Below are positions 15,649 to 17,687 of a stretch of 17,687 bases of DNA, piece after piece (the first letter of the stretch is position 1; each line of letters begins with the position of its first letter). Both the position numbers and the translations under genes were made by a program. The DNA lies in the NCBI GenBank assembly GCA_018302915.1, contig JAGVZB010000002.1:1-17687 (forward strand). Direction: 5' to 3'. The DNA is from Candidatus Woesearchaeota archaeon (lineage in GTDB: Archaea > Nanobdellota > Nanobdellia > SCGC-AAA011-G17 > GW2011-AR20). The notes beneath the pieces are model-generated. The model was given only the letters and a program-made list of their open reading frames with translations, did not search any database and was not told the origin of the DNA.

Positions 15649-15932
15649 TATTCGTGAAAGAGCATATTCATAACAATAGGAAATTATTGGCCATTTGTGA
15701 TGGTAATTTGATAGGAAAAATTTTTGAGGAAGGGGATAAAATCCTTAATGTTTCCAAGAATTTTTATCATGGAGAGCCTATGTTTGAGAAAGATATTTTA
15801 AAATTGATTGAAGACAATATTTTATTGAACATAGTTGGGGATGAATCCATAAAATTTGCATTGAAGAATGAATTAATAGACAAAAAAGGGATAATAAGGA
15901 TTAAGAACATACCACATGCTATGTTATTATAA
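15645..15932 (+). CDS. DUF424-family small protein (commonly found next to aIF2-beta in archaea)
   Basis: The start is set at the ATG in the ATGA overlap with the eif2b stop (15645-15648). The 95-aa protein reads MIFVKEHIHNNRKLLAICDGNLIGKIFEEGDKILNVSKNFYHGEP...NIVGDESIKFALKNELIDKKGIIRIKNIPHAMLL, which matches my recollection of the DUF424 pattern. The ORF-track start at 15549 lies inside eif2b. Confidence 0.65.
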   Translation: MIFVKEHIHNNRKLLAICDGNLIGKIFEEGDKILNVSKNFYHGEPMFEKDILKLIEDNILLNIVGDESIKFALKNELIDKKGIIRIKNIPHAMLL

Positions 15933-15949
15933 TATTATATTCAAAAGAT
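15924..15949. repeat. Left imperfect direct repeat flanking cassette 2 (DUF424 stop plus a decayed copy of the next gene's first 6 codons)
   Basis: ttattataatattatattcaaaagat matches 17170-17195 (ttattataatgctatactcaaatgat) at 22/26 positions. Read in frame, ATA TTA TAT TCA AAA GAT corresponds to ATG CTA TAC TCA AAT GAT. Confidence 0.55.
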
Positions 15950-15996
15950 TTAAATATAACTAAAAAGGTATACTTCTATATCAAAAAAGTGATAAA

Positions 15997-16590
15997 ATGT
16001 TAACAAAAACTCAATTTAAAATAATGCAAATTTTTGTATCTAAGATAAATGAAAAATTTAGCATTAAAAGAGTATCAGAAAATCTAAAAAAACCTTACCC
16101 ATTAGTCCATAGATCTATTAAGGCATTAATTGATAATAAATTTATATCAAAGGACAGACAAAATTTTTTATCTTTAAATCACAAACAAAATCATTCAGAA
16201 CTTGCTTACATAGAATCTTTAAGAAAAAAAGAATTCCTTGAAAGCAATAAAACAATTACTTTGTTTATAAATGATGTTATGGAAAAAATTAATTTAGATT
16301 TATTTATTTTCTTAATTTTTGGTTCTCATATTAAAAAGCAAAAATCAAGAGATATAGATATTTTAGTTATTATTGAAGACAAAAAAAAAGTTAATATTAT
16401 AGAAAAAATCTTAAATAATATAGCATCTAATTTTACTGTCAAATTTGATGTTAATATTATCTCAGTTGAAAGTGCCTATGAAATGCTTGCTAAAAGGGAT
16501 AAAATCAACATTGTAAATGAAACTCTTGATAATCATCTTTTAATTTTTGGTGCTGAAAATTATTATAGGTTATTAAAAAATGCTAGATGA
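15997..16590 (+). CDS. Winged-helix (wHTH) plus minimal nucleotidyltransferase protein (cassette 2; diverged paralogue of 4757-5374)
   Basis: The 197-aa ORF has an N-terminal HTH-like region (FSIKRVSENLKKPYPLVHRSIKALIDNKFI). The NTase signature is FLIFGSHIKKQKSRDIDILVII (G-S ... D-x-D) with a downstream FDVN. It has the same length class and domain order as the cassette-1 protein. Confidence 0.75.
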   Translation: MLTKTQFKIMQIFVSKINEKFSIKRVSENLKKPYPLVHRSIKALIDNKFISKDRQNFLSLNHKQNHSELAYIESLRKKEFLESNKTITLFINDVMEKINLDLFIFLIFGSHIKKQKSRDIDILVIIEDKKKVNIIEKILNNIASNFTVKFDVNIISVESAYEMLAKRDKINIVNETLDNHLLIFGAENYYRLLKNAR

Positions 16591-17164
16591 AAAAAGGATT
16601 GCTGAAATAAAAAGAAGAGTAACTAATTTTATAAAAGAGGGTATAATCAAAAAAGAGAAGGAGAGCAAATTTGTAGATTTTTTTCTAAATAACGCAAAAA
16701 ACTCGCTCGATTCTGCTAAATTATTATTTGAAGTTTCAACTAAGAATAATCTTAAAAATTTAACAGGTTTTCCTAATTTTAATGGATTTTTATGGGTTAT
16801 AAATTCAAGTTATTATTCAATGTTTTATATGGTAAGGACATTGCTTGAAAATGAAGGAATCAGGATAAAAGCTGATTTATCAATTCATGCTGTTACTTTT
16901 GATGCATTAGTTCATTATTTTTATATCACAGGAAAATTACAAAAGAGATTAATAGAAGATTTTAATGAAGCGAAAGAGGAAGCATCAGAAATGCTTGGAA
17001 AGGAAAAAGCTAAAGAACTTATTGAAGATTATTTTTATGAAAAAAATAAAAGAGGCACTTTTACCTATGAAATGGGGGCAATTGCAATGCAAAATAAAGC
17101 CCAAACTTCGCTGGAAAGAGCAAAAAGATTTAATGAAGAAATAAGAAAAATAATTGAAATTTAA
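16580..17164 (+). CDS. HEPN-domain protein (cassette 2; diverged paralogue of 4282-4773)
   Basis: The 194-aa ORF has LNNAKNSLDSAKLLF, VINSSYYSMFYMVRTLLENEGI, a conserved His (LSIHAVTF) and KNKRGTFTYE. It overlaps the NTase gene by 11 nt. Confidence 0.6.
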   Translation: MLDEKRIAEIKRRVTNFIKEGIIKKEKESKFVDFFLNNAKNSLDSAKLLFEVSTKNNLKNLTGFPNFNGFLWVINSSYYSMFYMVRTLLENEGIRIKADLSIHAVTFDALVHYFYITGKLQKRLIEDFNEAKEEASEMLGKEKAKELIEDYFYEKNKRGTFTYEMGAIAMQNKAQTSLERAKRFNEEIRKIIEI

Positions 17165-17169
17165 AAAAT

Positions 17170-17195
17170 TTATTATAATGCTATACTCAAATGAT
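17170..17195. repeat. Right imperfect direct repeat flanking cassette 2 (relic of the DUF424 end tta tta taa fused to the ATG of the next gene)
   Basis: This is the partner of 15924-15949 (22/26). It contains a TAATG stop/start overlap (17176-17180), which would be the pre-insertion DUF424/NMD3-like junction. Confidence 0.55.
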
Positions 17196-17480
17196 GATTA
17201 TTATGAGGCCAAGCTGCAGTTAAGGCCTTATGACAGGGAATTGATCGATTATACGAAAAGATTGATAGATGAAAACAAGAACATATTGATCGCAAAGGAG
17301 ATGGAATTCAAGTATGGAGTTGATTTCCTGACAAATTCGCAGAAGGAAACACAGAAGATAGCAAAGCAGCTGAAGAAAAAGTTCAAGGGAGTTATAACAT
17401 TGTCAAGAAAGCTGTTTGGAGTTCATAGGATGACTTCAAAAAGGGTTTGGAGAGTGACAGTTTGCTTCAGGAAAGAATGA
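17178..17480 (+). CDS. Small protein, tentatively NMD3-like (COG1499-type) domain without zinc fingers
   Basis: The 100-aa protein runs from the ATG at 17178: MLYSNDDYYEAKLQLRPYD...KYGVDFLTNSQKETQKIAKQLKKKF..VITLSRKLFGVHRMTSKRVWRVTVCFR. It resembles the YEA.(I/L)QLR ... G(I/V)DF ... S.KL.G.D ... R core of NMD3-family proteins as I recall it. The ORF-track start at 17154 would overlap the HEPN gene. Confidence 0.35.
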   Translation: MLYSNDDYYEAKLQLRPYDRELIDYTKRLIDENKNILIAKEMEFKYGVDFLTNSQKETQKIAKQLKKKFKGVITLSRKLFGVHRMTSKRVWRVTVCFRKE

Positions 17481-17687
17481 TTATTTTTTATTTTTACGGC
17501 GGACTATAAGATTGAATTCCTTGTTCAGATACCACATTGCAATTGTCAGGCAGATTATGAACAATGCTCCCGGGATTGCCCTGTAATAAGTTGCATCTAT
17601 AACATTGGAATAGTCCAGTATTCTTATTAATTTCCCCAAAATAAAAAAAATATAAGACCATAGGAATAATCTTCCAGCAAAATACAG
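17481..17687 (-). CDS. 3' part of a membrane protein gene entering from the right edge
   Basis: Manual minus-strand translation is open from the window edge: LYFAGRLFLWSYIFFILGKLIRILDYSNVIDATYYRAIPGALFIICLTIAMWYLNKEFNLIVRRKNKK*. It contains two hydrophobic helices. The stop (tta, 17481-17483) abuts the plus-strand stop at 17478-17480. Confidence 0.45.
   Translation of the reverse strand: MYFAGRLFLWSYIFFILGKLIRILDYSNVIDATYYRAIPGALFIICLTIAMWYLNKEFNLIVRRKNKK

Noticed and set aside
17154-17177. Upstream ATG (17154) for the NMD3-like ORF (MKFKKFII...)
   Set aside because: It would overlap the HEPN stop by 11 nt and lies in cassette-derived sequence. The ATG at 17178 coincides with the reconstructed pre-insertion TAATG junction. 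The evidence is not decisive.
1-17687. Search for tRNA/rRNA genes, CRISPR arrays, transposase or integrase genes and long inverted repeats
   Set aside because: All non-coding spacers are 81 bp or shorter, too short for tRNA or CRISPR arrays. No ORF shows DDE, tyrosine or serine recombinase motifs. The only repeats found are the direct repeats reported above.

Overview
The window is a compact, AT-rich archaeal chromosome segment. TBP, MCM, RFC small and large subunits and aIF2-beta identify it as archaeal. The short proteins, pervasive gene overlaps and low GC suggest a small-genome, DPANN-like lineage, which is an inference. All calls rest on motif recognition in the supplied translations and on manual reading of the DNA; no database search was possible. 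The gene order from left to right is as follows. A partial membrane protein gene runs off the left edge. Next come a Trm5-like methyltransferase, RlmE/FtsJ, a HerA-like ATPase, and the pair LemA and HtpX. The first wHTH-nucleotidyltransferase plus HEPN pair sits on the minus strand. An rfcS - HExxH protein - rfcL operon follows, also on the minus strand. Then come IleRS, TBP overlapping an intein-containing MCM, an RPA32-like OB-fold protein, aIF2-beta and DUF424. The second wHTH-nucleotidyltransferase plus HEPN pair sits on the plus strand. An NMD3-like small protein and a partial membrane protein gene close the window. No tRNA, rRNA or CRISPR array is present, and the intergenic spacers are all 81 bp or shorter. 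The most interesting signal is that both ~1.2 kb nucleotidyltransferase/HEPN modules look like inserted cassettes. Each is very AT-rich and sits exactly at a gene junction. Each is bracketed by a direct duplication of that junction: about 52-65 bp copying the rfcL 3' end for the first, and about 26 bp copying the DUF424-stop/next-gene-start for the second. No integrase or transposase is present in either. Both HEPN proteins carry a conserved KRGxFTY (R-x4-Y) where the canonical R-x4-6-H would be expected. Other notable points are a 341-aa LAGLIDADG intein in the MCM ATPase core with a non-canonical Gly-Asn C-terminus, an uncharacterised HExxH protein translationally coupled between the two clamp-loader genes, a 15-nt tandem repeat in the cassette-1 promoter, and systematic leaderless-type TATA-ATG spacing.
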